A stretch of DNA of 64,000 nucleotides from Spironucleus salmonicida (taxonomy: Eukaryota). The DNA lies in the NCBI RefSeq assembly GCF_000497125.1, contig NC_090600.1:186001-250000 (forward strand), read 5' to 3'. A model generated the notes under the pieces. The model ran no database searches. It worked only from the letters and a program-made list of their open reading frames with translations, and was not told the origin of the DNA. Positions 1 through 11,943 of this stretch are shown one piece after another (positions within the stretch are counted from its first letter, which is position 1; each line of letters opens with the position of its first letter). The position numbers and the translations under genes are program-made.

Positions 1-579
1 TAATATTTTAAATCAGAAGCTTCATAATTAACTGTTTTAGATGCATGCGCAGCTCCTGGTTCTAAATCCCTTCAACTTGCCACTCACTTTAAACATGTTA
101 CAGCAAATGAAAGAGACTAGAAGCGATCGAAAATTCTACAAAAACGTGCTTAGAACGTTAAAAATTTGACAGTAAGAACCAGCGATGCATTCTAAGCATT
201 TTAAGACCCATATGATCTTATTTTATTAGATCCAACCTGTTCTGGGTCAGGTACACTTAATCTAGACTTTTAGATAGCTCAATAAATGGGTGCAGAGCGG
301 GATAGAGCAGATACAAGTTAACTCCATAAGTTTTAGGTCAAAATTTTGACTGCCGCATTAGAAAGTAATGCATATGGTGTCGTTTATTCAACTTGTAGCG
401 TGAATAAAGAGGAGAATGAAGACGTTGTTTAGGAAGTATTAGCTGAAAATAGAAAATGGAAGTTAGTCGATGCACTTCCTTAATGGCCACTGAGGAGTAA
501 AAGTATAACAGAATGTGCAATTTGTAATGAGGAAATGCAGTCTGAGGGCTTCTTTGTAGCGCTATTTGTAAGAAAGTGA
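1..579 (+). CDS. NOL1/NOP2/Sun-family RNA m5C methyltransferase (NSUN5/Rcm1-like), 5' end outside the window
   Basis: Frame 1 in code 6 reads VLDACAAPGSKS, ILLDPTCSGSG, VVYSTCSVNKEENEDVV, EGFFVALF and ends AAG TGA at 577-579. Confidence 0.9.
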
Positions 580-590
580 GAGAAATAAGT

Positions 591-1790
591 TCAGTGTGAG
601 CCAAATGCACCAACGTCGTTCAGATTCTTACCTTGTTTCATGAGGTCCCAAACAATTGAAATATCCCGGAGGCGATTAACTTCGCTGATTATTTTATCAA
701 GGCCTTCGTCAACATCTTTTTTGGTTGTCCAGCGGCTGAAACCCATTCTAACTGATGTATGTGCAGCTTCTGCAGGAATATCCATTGCATGAAGCACATG
801 GGACGGTTCCAGTGACTATGAGGTACATGCAGACCCTGTGGAGACACATACATCATCGTCGATTGCCATCATTAATGATTCACCCTCAACTCCCAAGAAT
901 GAGACGTTCATACAGTTAAGAAGTCTTTTAGTTTTATCATCTGGACCGTTGAACTTTACATGCTCTAGTTTATTGATTTTATCAGAAGCATAATTGTAAA
1001 GGCTTTCATAATGCTTATGATCTGACACTAGTTATTTTTGTGAAATCTCAGCTGCTTCTCCCAGTCCTACTACTAAAAATACCGGTAAAGTTCCAGGTCT
1101 TATATTTTGTTCTTAACCACCACCAGAAAATAGTGGGTTCAATCTAGTTCTTCTTTTCACATAAAGAGCACCCACGCCCTTTGGACCATAAATTTTGTGG
1201 CCACTAATCGACATTAAATCTATATTTTCAGTGTTTAAAGCAATTTTTCCTGCCGCTTAAGCACAATCTGTGTGGAAAACAGCACCTGCCCGCTTAGAAA
1301 TTTTTCCTAGTTCCTAAATGTCTTGAATTGAGCCCATTTCATTATTTGCAGCCATGATAGAAACCACGCCTATATCGTTTTTAAACCTATCACAGGCTTC
1401 TTTAAATTCATCCATTTTTATAAGACCTTTATCATCAACATTGATAAAATGAGTTTAATAGCCTTCCGCCTCTAATGCCCTAACTGACTCTAGAACACAT
1501 TTGTGCTCAATTGTTGATGTGATAACATGCTTTTTCTATGCATATCTTGCGGCACCTTTGACTGCAATATTATTTGATTCTGTTGCACCTGATGTAAATA
1601 TAATTTCGCTAGGTTTTGCTCCTATTAGAGATGCGACTTATTATCTTGCTACATCAACCGCTGAGTTCATTTATCTCCCTAGTTAATGTTATGAATGACA
1701 GTTTGCAAAGTTTTCAGTTAAATATGGTACTATTTTTTCTAGAACCCTAGGGTCAATCGGTGTTGTAGCTTAGTTATCAAGATAGATCAT
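591..1790 (-). CDS. NFS1: Cysteine desulfurase IscS/Nfs1
   Basis: [42 protein letters not shown] (PLP Lys), [17 protein letters not shown] (catalytic Cys); joins track fragments 591-797 and 816-1028 once TAR is read as Gln. Confidence 0.96.
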
Positions 1791-1972
1791 TGTGAAGCGG
1801 GCAACTGTATTAGTTTGATTAAATTATATAATAATGATATATAGAGAGTAATTTTAAAATATACAATTTGTATAGTTTGATTATTATTTAACATATAATC
1901 AGGATATTGTGAGTCTTAAATATTTTGTAGTTTAGAAGAGGAAGAGTTTCGTGTGAATAAACATCACTGTGG

Positions 1973-2893
1973 TCACAAGAAATAGTCAGGAATAACCCTT
2001 TTATCGGCTTTACCTTATTGGCCTGACACTGCTGCATCGAATATTTTGAAATTTCTTTCTCCAAACTCATTGACTTCTAAAATGCTTGCTACATTTCCAG
2101 CTCTATAGCAGTAATTAGGAGCAGACCAAACTGTACATAATCTTCCACCATATTACCATTTATAGCCGTCCATTGCCAATTAATGTGACCTGCAGACAAA
2201 TGCTACATTATTTTCCTTACAAAACTTTTCACAAACATCTGCACCAAAGAAATATCCTGCACCTCTCTAGCTTTGTTAGAAACCCATCTATTCAGATCCT
2301 TCAAATGGATCCGACCATAATAAATCTGAAACAATACCATCATGTGGTACTTCACTCCCACGAGGAATGTCATTTAGTTCACTTATTTTAGTAAGTGTGG
2401 GCGAAAGCCCTCCATGCACACAGAAAATTTCATTTTTAATAACTGCAGCTAATGGTAAAGAATCAAAAACATCAATACAAGCTTTCCATACAGAAATCGA
2501 ACCAAATTTACGTAAAATTTCATCATAAAATCCATATACTTAGGTGATTTATCTAGATTCATGATTACCTCTCAACATGAAAATTCGCGTTGGATATTTA
2601 ATTTTGAGACATACTAGATATAAAAAGGTTTCGATTGAGTGAAGGCCACGATCAACAAAATCTCCTAAGAAAAGAAACTGACATGATGGTAACTCTGATG
2701 CAACACGGAATAGTTCCCTAAGATCGTAAAATTAGCCATGAATATCACCTACAATTGTTATAGGTGCTGGTAAACTAAGCATACTTGGTTCAGCTAAGAA
2801 CAAATTTTTCGCCTTTTCAGTTAGATCTTATATTTATGCTTCTGTAGGCACAATAGCTTACTTTAAATTCGATAATAAGTTATCAATATCCAT
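1973..2893 (-). CDS. Ser/Thr protein phosphatase catalytic subunit, PP2A/PP4/PP6 family
   Basis: [31 protein letters not shown] and C-terminal PDYFL; 306 aa. Confidence 0.95.
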
Positions 2894-2950
2894 CTGCTTG
2901 GAGTGGAACAAAAAACTAAATAAGTTATATATTATATATAAGTGATTAAA

Positions 2951-3718
2951 TCATTTTTGTAACTCTGGATCTATATTGGCCTGCCGAAAAGGTGCATGTT
3001 AGTTCTAAACACCTTCACAATGGCAGCTCCTGCATACTCCTTCTGTATTTAATAATAACCATGGCCTATGGCAAGCTTTACACTAATGCATAGAGCCTTT
3101 TACATACTTGGAATTTCTATATCTACTCATACAGATAGAACAGAATTCACACGCACTAGCTTTTTATTTCCTCTGATCTGCAGTTTTACAATGTTCTGTA
3201 CATAATGGTCCTTCAGAAACAGCATATGATTTAATTTCACCACAACCACAGCGTTCTACTTCTCGAAACGGGGCCAAAGGTTAGCAATATGGGGAACATT
3301 TCCTCGATGCTTAAGGTACCTAAATCTATGCCATTGGAAATGGCTCTGGTCGAGCCTATACAAGGTCGGTCTTCATTTTATCAGATAAAGTTGACAATAC
3401 AGCATTTAGGATTTAGGATTGGGGATGTGGTGAAATTTGGTGAAGCTAAAGCAGACCAGATTATGGCCCAGCAAGGTCTAACAAAGTAATAACTGGTGCT
3501 TGATCAGGTAGTATGTGTTAAACAATAGAGCTAGGGCATAAATCGCAAAAGTTTGAATCTAATAGTCCGTGTACATTGATAAAATCAGTTGAAGAAACAA
3601 ATAGATGATTCAGTTGTATCTAAATAATTTACATTAATTATTAAATGCTTTATTACGTTGAAATTTGCATAAAAAACGAGTATCCATCACCAATATAAAC
3701 ATGGACATTAATTGACAT
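2951..3718 (-). CDS. Hypothetical protein, possible ubiquitin-like N-terminus and Cys-rich (zinc-binding) C-terminus
   Basis: 255-aa frame open in code 6, MSINVHVYIGDG...; C-terminal CEFCSIC, CKACHRP, CRSCHC. Confidence 0.75.
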
Positions 3719-3768
3719 TATTTGATAGAATATAGTTATGTATAATAAATAAATAATGATTTTACTAA

Positions 3769-4176
3769 TCATTTATTTTAAAATAACTCTTCAATATTTG
3801 AAACCTATTCGTACCAATTCTTTTCTACGAACTGGTCTGGTTCTAACTAAAAATCTTCTAATACCTAACAAGCCAGTGTGATACATTATGAACAATTAAA
3901 TGTACCATCTGCTAGTAAATCATGACACATTATTGATGTTACATTGTTTTTGAATTCTTAGTTAATTATGTCTTCAATATCAGGTGCTAAGGCTTTGGCG
4001 GCTAAAATAGCGCCGCATTCAGTGGCGTGAAGTCCGCAAATTTTTTAAGCATGCTTAGCTTCATCAGATTTAGGTCCTTTAAACGCAGCTATAACTGATT
4101 AATATGAATCATATCCATATTTAAAAGAACGAAAGTAGGTCAGCGCAGACGATACTGATTTTTATGTATAATTCAT
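3769..4176 (-). CDS. C_GCAxxG_C_C-family putative redox protein (bacterial type)
   Basis: 135 aa: YQSVIAAF...CGLHATECGAILAA...EFKNNVTSIMCHDL...NCSQCITLACQVL follows the family pattern. Confidence 0.65.
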
Positions 4177-4389
4177 TTTTATTCATAAGTTTATATAGTT
4201 ATTATATGTAAATTTATGTAGTATATGCAATTCAATAATAATTTTCACTCCATTAATATAATGAATCCACTGATCCATATCAGACATTATAAGGGAGATG
4301 ACTTTAATAATAAACTTATGTTTGTCGTTGTGCCATTTTTGAGCGATATCCTTAGATGTATGATCCCTTGTTATCAAATTATTTATATT

Positions 4390-4779
4390 TCATTTATGTA
4401 ATTTCTTTAAGTATTGCTGTATATTAGCTTATTTTTATTTATTATAAACTTATCTATTAATTTCCTTTTAGATAAGATCTTCAACTTAGTCTTTAACAGG
4501 CTCAATATGTTATTTGAGTAGAAATTATATCTTTTAATCCACGTACTTTCTACTATGCTCAAATTCTTAATTAAAAGTATCTGAGTGAGAAAAGGCTTTT
4601 TAATACATTCGTTAACACCCTGTATAATGAGAATTATGCTTTGGCGATCTTTTAGTTTACTATGATGAAATAGAAGGTAGCAGTTCATCTTACTATCGTG
4701 TAGTATATCCAATATCATCGTTTTTGAAAGATAAATTCATTAGCTTCTGACTGACTGTAAATTGTCGATACCTGTACAT
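4390..4779 (-). CDS. Hypothetical protein; both ends uncertain
   Basis: Open code-6 frame MYRYRQF...YLKKLHK with Gln/Lys-rich helical composition; no family motif. Confidence 0.35.
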
Positions 4780-4958
4780 TTTCTGGTACCCGTAAAAGTA
4801 AATGAAAAGAGAAATTTATTGAGCGATATACGATAAAGTAATTTTGAGTTATTAGATATAGTTTATTTTCCTTTTCAAGTGAAATCTTCATACAAATAAA
4901 TTAAATAACTATTATATTGCTATTATATGTTATAATATAAGTATATACAAATCAATAA

Positions 4959-5936
4959 ATGTATCCCACACTTATATCCCCAGAATGGCTAGAAGCACAT
5001 CATAACTCAACAGATATTCGTATATTCGATGCCACTTTGCATGAAGATATGACTTTATCATAAGCAAAACATGTATTTTCTAAAAAACATGTTAAAAACT
5101 CTTACTAACTTATTTTGAGAGAGGAGAATGCTACGTACGACCAGGTACCAAAACCTTAGGTATTTACAAAATTAGCCACATCATAAGGTCTGACAAGAGG
5201 GGTCCATGCTGTTATTTATGACTCAGATGGAAAATCCGCAATTCGTGCCTGGTGGTTATTATAGTATTACTCACATCCCAAAGTATCAATTCTGTTAGGA
5301 GGGTTGGATGCATGGTCTCAACGTGATTTTCCAGTGGAGTTGAAGAAGTTAGTCAAACCTTCCCCGGCACCCGAAACTGCATTTTATGCAAATCCTCGAC
5401 CTGGTGTCGTAGTTGGTGCAGAGGAAGTGAATCGGTATATTTAACGTGAAAAATAGTAACCGACTGTTATCGAAAATCTTCAGTTTTAGGACAGCATTCA
5501 ACAGTATGAGCTGGCTACAGACTAGAAAAGTGTCTTGGCGAAACTAGATCTAGGAGATTTGGAACCAAAAGATTATGAAATTAAGTAATTGGTATTATCT
5601 GATGACGAATAGACGGATGAATACCAGAATAATGCTTTGTAGACTTAGTGGAAGCTGTTTCTAGATGAAGCTGGCTGGTTTAGGACTGATATTTTGAAGA
5701 TAAAGTCTATATTCAGATAAAATGGGGTTAATATTGAATTACCAATAACAGTAACTGGTAATAATCTAGTTGATATATTACACGTGGTTTTAGCTGCATT
5801 TTTATGTAGTGGGAAAGGTATAGATGGACTCTCAGTATTTTTCGGGGGTTGGGATATTTTCAAAAATGGTATACAGAAAGTATTTGATGATGCAGGAATA
5901 ATTGAAAAAGCACCAGAAGAAGCTGATGATGAGTGA
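4959..5936 (+). CDS. Tandem-domain rhodanese/3-mercaptopyruvate sulfurtransferase-like protein lacking the catalytic Cys
   Basis: MYPTLISPEWL...IRIFDAT, VIYD, AIRAWWLL, ILLGGLDAW; C-domain PITVTGNNLVDILHVVLAAFLCSGK...FFGGW; ends GAG TGA. Confidence 0.88.
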
Positions 5937-5944
5937 AAATTTAC

Positions 5945-6262
5945 TCACTTCCGCCAAAGATGCTTTCTTGAAAGTTCTTTAATCAAATTTTAACCATTTT
6001 ACTTAATTTTATTAATTTCTGGTTCTTTTACAGCAGGCCTACGAATTATATTAACTTATAATGAGTCATCAATATTATTAAAGAATAGCTCACGTTTTTT
6101 TCGTGATTCATTAATTAAACGATAATATGTTTTGTGGCGTGTATTTTCAAATTAGGTGACCTATTTATCTAGTTGCTTAGATTTTATAGGTGGCGTTATC
6201 ATTAAATCTTTGGCAATAGGTAGGTTGTATTCTTCAATCTCTAACTTCTTTTACAGATTCAT
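5945..6262 (-). CDS. Hypothetical protein (105 aa)
   Basis: ATG-to-TGA frame open in code 6, ends AAG TGA. Confidence 0.6.
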
Positions 6263-6803
6263 TAAGAATAGAATAAAAAGTCACCAGATGATATTATGAA
6301 CGATTTAACTGAAAACAATGTATTCAGATTTTAAATCAATATTTATTATTATTTATGAACAAAGTATATAGTATTTAATTTGACGAATAATTGTTAGGAT
6401 TATAAATGTAATAATTATTATATAATTAAAAAAAATATAACTTCAATATGTAAACTCGTAGTTTCAAATACAATTTCGAAATTATCCTTCATATGAGTTT
6501 TAAAATATAAAAATTATTATATGATTTAAGATAAAATAATATATCATATAGTGTGAACAATCTTCTATTATTAGTATTTATATACATATACGTTAAAATT
6601 ACTTTATAATAATTATATAAAATATAATATATAAATTATATTTTCAAAAAATTAATTTCAATTAGCAAAGAATAACTATATTTATTTTATTGTACAATTT
6701 TATATACCAATAAATAAACAAACATATCTAGAAACTTATTGATTTATTATTAGACCAATCTAAGCTATACGTATAATATGTACTTAAATACTATTTTAGA
6801 AGA

Positions 6804-7055
6804 ATGTTCAATAGTACAAATTTATGCTTTTTTAAAAATCCAATAGATTACGAATTGAAAGATGAGCTTAAAAGAATAGAGCTACAAAAATACTAAGTAC
6901 GATATAATAGTAGAATTGATAGTTTAAGAAAGAAAAAATAATCAAGATTAATAAACTAAGTATAAGCTTAAAAACAATAATACTTGTAAAATCTTGACTA
7001 AAACTTAATTATTGTTAAAGTTTTATACCGACCAAAAAACTACAGCTATTAATGA
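6804..7055 (+). CDS. Small hypothetical basic protein
   Basis: 83-aa open frame MFNSTNLCFFKNPIDYELK... in an AT-rich region; no motif. Confidence 0.3.
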
Positions 7056-7087
7056 AAAATTGTATATAAAATGATTTATCGATATTA

Positions 7088-8695
7088 TCACTACATCAAC
7101 TTCACATATTCTAATATTTTGGCCACACATGCTTAGTTTTTCATTAAATCTACATGCCCTATTCCGCTAAATATTTTCCTCTCTATAACATGCGAGTCTG
7201 GCACAGAATCACTAATTTAACTGCTAAGTAACACAGTTCCATCGCCTTCGCTGTATAAGCACTGATGTTTCAAACCGTGTAATTCATACTCATTTTATAT
7301 TTCTGCATTAAAAATAGCATGGGAAGAAGTCTAAATTCCAGACCCACAAATTGACGCAAATTTAAAGGACTGAAAATCGATTTCCTGATCTCTAAGGTTC
7401 TGGTGGGCTTCGTGTTAGATATCATTTTGCGGGAAAACAAGTGCTTCCAGGGTACCTTCTTCAGAGATATTATGATATAAATCACGCAAATCCCGAGTTT
7501 CAGTATGTTATGGCAGCTTATTGTTGGTATCAAGCCAGTATTTGGTGTAAACAAGTCTCTAAATATTATCCTGAGGAGCATCTTCGAGTTTTCTAGTTTG
7601 GAAGTATTCAATTTCTTATTAGGTTGGTACAAACTCCTCCCTTTGAGCCCAAAATGCGTATCTAACATATTTTGAATCCAAATCTATCACCTGCTAAACA
7701 TCAGAGATTTGTTCTTTCAGTGGGTACTGCTAATTAGCAAAGAACTTCTTTTCTTAGTTAAAGCAGCAGGATAACGACTCATAACACTCATTCTCTTCAA
7801 ATGCAGTGTCTGGAATATATACTTTTCTTCCTAACAATTTCTTGAATCGCATGGCCCAGAATCCGGCATTTTTATTTACAGCCTTGGGATTCTCTAATAC
7901 CAGTTTAAATATACCCATAATAGTTGATTTCTCGCTCCATTTAATGATTCTACAATTTTCCCAAAATTGCTAAACAATATTAAGGTCTTACGTCTTTTCA
8001 GAACTAGTTTCTTGAATTTTTAAATATACATATTACTGTACACCGCTATTTATATTCTTACTTTACAATAAGCCTAACTACATACCAGAATTGCACCAAA
8101 ATCCTCTTGTGCAATGCCGCAGCCAAGAAAATTAAAGATCGTAGCCATCTACTACGGCCATTAGTCCTCCACCGTTTGCTCCATCAAAAGTGCCTGCAAT
8201 AGCAATTTGAGAAGCAAAAATTTTGCTCCAATTTGCGCTCTTATGTTGCAGAAAACGAGGAATAAGCGAACCAATGGAATGGGTTATTAATATAGGTAAT
8301 GATTTTAGCTTCAAATTGGCAGTAAATGTCTCAAATTACTCAGAAAGCCGTAGGAGCGAATGACGAAAATCGTATGTGAAGGCAAATAAGTCGATGTTTT
8401 CGCGGTAACCTTAAGCTTATAAGGATGTAGATATGTCATAGAAACACTTGAACTCCTCTAGATTGGGGATTAAGGATTCACATCCAGAAAGACCTGGAAT
8501 TGCTGTAATTATATCATCTGAAAAGTTCTCAAATAGTCCATCTGCAGTAGTACGCCCCCATAGACGAAGCATATTAGAAGGGATTTTGAATGCAGTGTAT
8601 TTAGAAGAGCATGGCCAGATAATCTCATTATGCTGGTTTACAAGGCGTGAACCAAATATTCCGGGGATAATAATGATAGGTCTTCTTTCTGTCAT
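7088..8695 (-). CDS. LCAT/phospholipase A2 group XV-like acyltransferase
   Basis: RPIIIIPGIFGSRL, FAFTYDFRHS, ITHSIG (nucleophile), IAIAGTFDGA, EGDGTV, GHVDL. Confidence 0.92.
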
Positions 8696-8778
8696 TAGGG
8701 GAAAGGCGAATGTACAATAAAATATATATTATAATATAATTCATATAGTATTAACATTGCTTTCCTATTTAAACAAAA

Positions 8779-10251
8779 ATGAACTCTATATTAGATATTA
8801 TGGAGGTTTAATATGTATAGAAGAGGCGTATTAAGATATTAATTATTGAAAATGTAAAGAAGTATAATAATAAAGCAGAAAAATTGATTAACTATGATGT
8901 AGTTATTTATAAATATAATAATTTAAACTTATTCAATGCTAATAAAGAATTTTATAGGTATTTAGACTAGTTTAAATATAAGTTAACTTTGAATTTAGAA
9001 TATATTTGTATAAAGTCTTAATATGAGGTACTGCTAAATGAAGAAAAAATAGACTCAAAAAAATATTTACTATCATTTTCAATACTTTAATAAAATTTTG
9101 CTTTAATATACCAGAATGATAAGATATAATCTAATGATTTAAAATATTCTTTAGCATCCTTGAATAATGATTCTTTGCCTATTCACGACTTTGATAATAT
9201 CATTTTATTTGGATTATTTTGTACATCTTAATCTAAATTATCTGTTTATGGTTAGTTTTTTAATAATAAAACAAGCAATAATTATATAACAACATAATTG
9301 AATGTTAAAATTTATGATAAAATTAAGATGCAAGAAATATTGCAGTAATCATCAGTATATTATAAGGAGTAGATTATATAGTATCTTGAAAATTTATAGT
9401 TAGAAACGAATATATAGTTAGGTTAATTAAATTTAAATGATCCTATTGTTTATACATATCAAGTTCCATATATCAGAGAGGCATAAGTTAATATTTTGTG
9501 TTAAGATAAATTCAGGTAATTTATATAAATAAGCAGGGCTGGATCGTCTAATAATTTTATTAAGTATGACTTATCATTTTGTTTTGACGAATCTTATGTA
9601 TAATTGCACTAAATATCTGCATTTTAAAATACTTCTGTTTAGTTAAGCTTTAAATTGCAAGTAAATATAGTAGAATTAAACTTAGAATATTAATTATAAA
9701 AAGATATTAAATTAAATTTTATATTAAATCCAACCATATTTGGACTAAGTTTCTCTTCATTAGGTTAAATTTCTAACGATTAATTTCAAATTATACCGAA
9801 ATTAACATTAAAAGATAATGTTTTCTAATCAATGGAGTAATATTTTCCAAATATTATAGATTAATTATTTAGGTCATTTGATCCTATTGGTATATATACA
9901 CAGGCAGATTAATATAGTAGATTAATTTTTGATAGTATAATTTCAGTCTTATAATGGGCGGGTCCTCTCATAAGTCTATCCGAACTCAAGCTTCCTGTTT
10001 ATAGTTGTAGTAATTTTGATTTAGTAATGAGTAAAATAGAAAAATTAGGATTACTGAATTCCAGAAAAATTATTATTATGCTACTTCTTCTGAAATCATT
10101 TAATGAGTTGTAAGAATTTTCATATGATAAGATTAATTCACAATTTTATCATTTGGGGGCTTTGGCAGTATTTTCAAGTAGCGATTATCATTAAATTTTT
10201 AAACGATGGTTAAAATGTTCATTAGATATTAAACTTAAATGGTATGTTTGA
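8779..10251 (+). CDS. Hypothetical protein (490 aa)
   Basis: Long frame-1 ORF in code 6 from ATG 8779 to TGA 10249-10251; no family recognised. Confidence 0.7.
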
Positions 10252-10292
10252 AAATACTAAATGATAATAAATAATAAGTGATAATAGTGTGC

Positions 10293-10646
10293 TCACTATA
10301 TGAATTCAATATCTTGGTCAACAATACATAAAAGTTAATTTATATCATATGATATTTTTTCTCCAAATATTTAAAATGTTTTTGCTATATGAACTGCTAA
10401 AATATGTTAGCATATTTATTTTTCTCCATTTATAATTAGTTTTTAAAACACAAAGCAATTACAGAATTATTAAGAAACCAAATGACTATGTATAATAAAA
10501 ATTTCTGCTTATGTATTAACCACCTATTATACTTATTTTAAATCTACTATCTCTATAGCTTACTTAAATTTCTATCCAAAATGCATACTCAATACCAATA
10601 ATGTTTCGTCGGTAGGTTCTAATGATGAAAGTATAGCCTCATTCAT
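10293..10646 (-). CDS. ZSWIM7: SWIM zinc-finger protein, ZSWIM7/SWS1-like
   Basis: 117 aa: LLVLSMHFGQKFKQAIEIVD...FCNCFVFQK...ICQHILAVHIA (CxC...CxH SWIM motif); ends TAG TGA. Confidence 0.75.
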
Positions 10647-10703
10647 CACTATTTTTTATATTCTATATATTATTGAATTAATATGTTTATTTTTAGGTTA
10701 TTA

Positions 10704-11114
10704 TCACTTGTAGATTTGACGGAATTTCATAGTAAATTCTGGGCTTTATGATCTGATTTATTTTATAGATATGTTATAATCTCCAGGTCCGGGAATAACT
10801 TTTTTTTATTGATAATTGAATTTTTACCGTATAGATTATTTAGTAGGTGAAGTAAGAATTTTATTATAATCAGGTTTATAATAAGCAGGGCCTGGGGACT
10901 AAACTCGGGGTCGTATATTACAATCTAGTACAGGCTTTAATTTTTATTCAGATTCCAGTAATAAATGTTATCTAAATTTAATTCCAGAATTAGAGAATAA
11001 TGGTTTACTAATATCATAGTACCCTGGACCTGGTGTTAATTTTAATTCTCTTGTACTCATTTTTCTTTAAATTGTGAACGATGGCGATATTGATCGCATT
11101 TTTTTAAATAACAT
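10704..11114 (-). CDS. SHIPPO/ODF3-type PGP-repeat axonemal protein
   Basis: TPGPGYY, SPGPAYY and IPGPGDY repeats. Confidence 0.85.
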
Positions 11115-11154
11115 ATATTAACTTAATAATATATTATATAAATAATTATAACCT

Positions 11155-11892
11155 TCACTTTTTGCTTGCCAATTTTACACTCAATTGTTTAATATCATCA
11201 TCTTATACTAAATATCTTCCATAAAATTAAATTAAACTGTCCTTAAGCGATTTTGCAGAGATTTCTTTATTTAAAAATTTAGCTCTCAAATCTGCATAAT
11301 TCATAACTTCATCATTCACAGTAATACTATCTTCTAATTTTTCCACAGTTTCAAACTACTAAAGTACATCATTATCTGCACCTTCTTCACAAACAGCTTT
11401 ATTAATTTTCTTTTAAACAGTAGATAGATCATCACCTACCATAATAAATGCACCAACTTCTTCAGCGGGAACACGGAATTCTCTAAACTTATACATAGTA
11501 GGAACAAATTCACCGCCTAAGGCTTAAGTGACCGCTACTGCAATAGCATGCGCAGATGAATTGAATTGTTTAATATTAGTAAGGCCTTCAATCTCAGCAG
11601 CATCCTTAATTGACATTTTAGATTTATCCATTACTAATGGCCAAAAGGCAAAAGCATCGTCACCCGTAAGTAAGCATTCGATATCCTTGGCTTCAATTTT
11701 TAACTCTTCAGTTGCTTTCTTAAGAATTTCGAATGCAATTTAACACTTTACATCAGTTAAGGATGTCTTCATAGCAAATAATGATGTAGCTATACCAATA
11801 GCAGGCATATTAGATTTTTTTTATAAGGCTTTGATTTATAATAAATCAAAAAGACGTATTGGTGTAGCAGGAGTAAATGCTTTAAGTGACAT
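11155..11892 (-). CDS. Degenerate tyrosyl-tRNA synthetase-like protein (anticodon-domain-like C-terminus, no HIGH/KMSKS)
   Basis: 245 aa; AFIMVGDDLSTVQKKINKAVCEEG...NYADLRAKFLNKEISAKSLKDSL resembles the archaeal/eukaryotic TyrRS C-domain. Confidence 0.6.
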
Positions 11893-11943
11893 ATAAGGAG
11901 TGGGAAGTTAATATATTATAATAGATATAGTATTATTAATTTT

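Noticed and set aside
1895-1970. Possible box C/D snoRNA on the minus strand (GTGATGT...CTGA)
   Set aside because: The C-like box overlaps the AGTGA 3' signal of the phosphatase gene; no terminal stem or convincing rRNA guide
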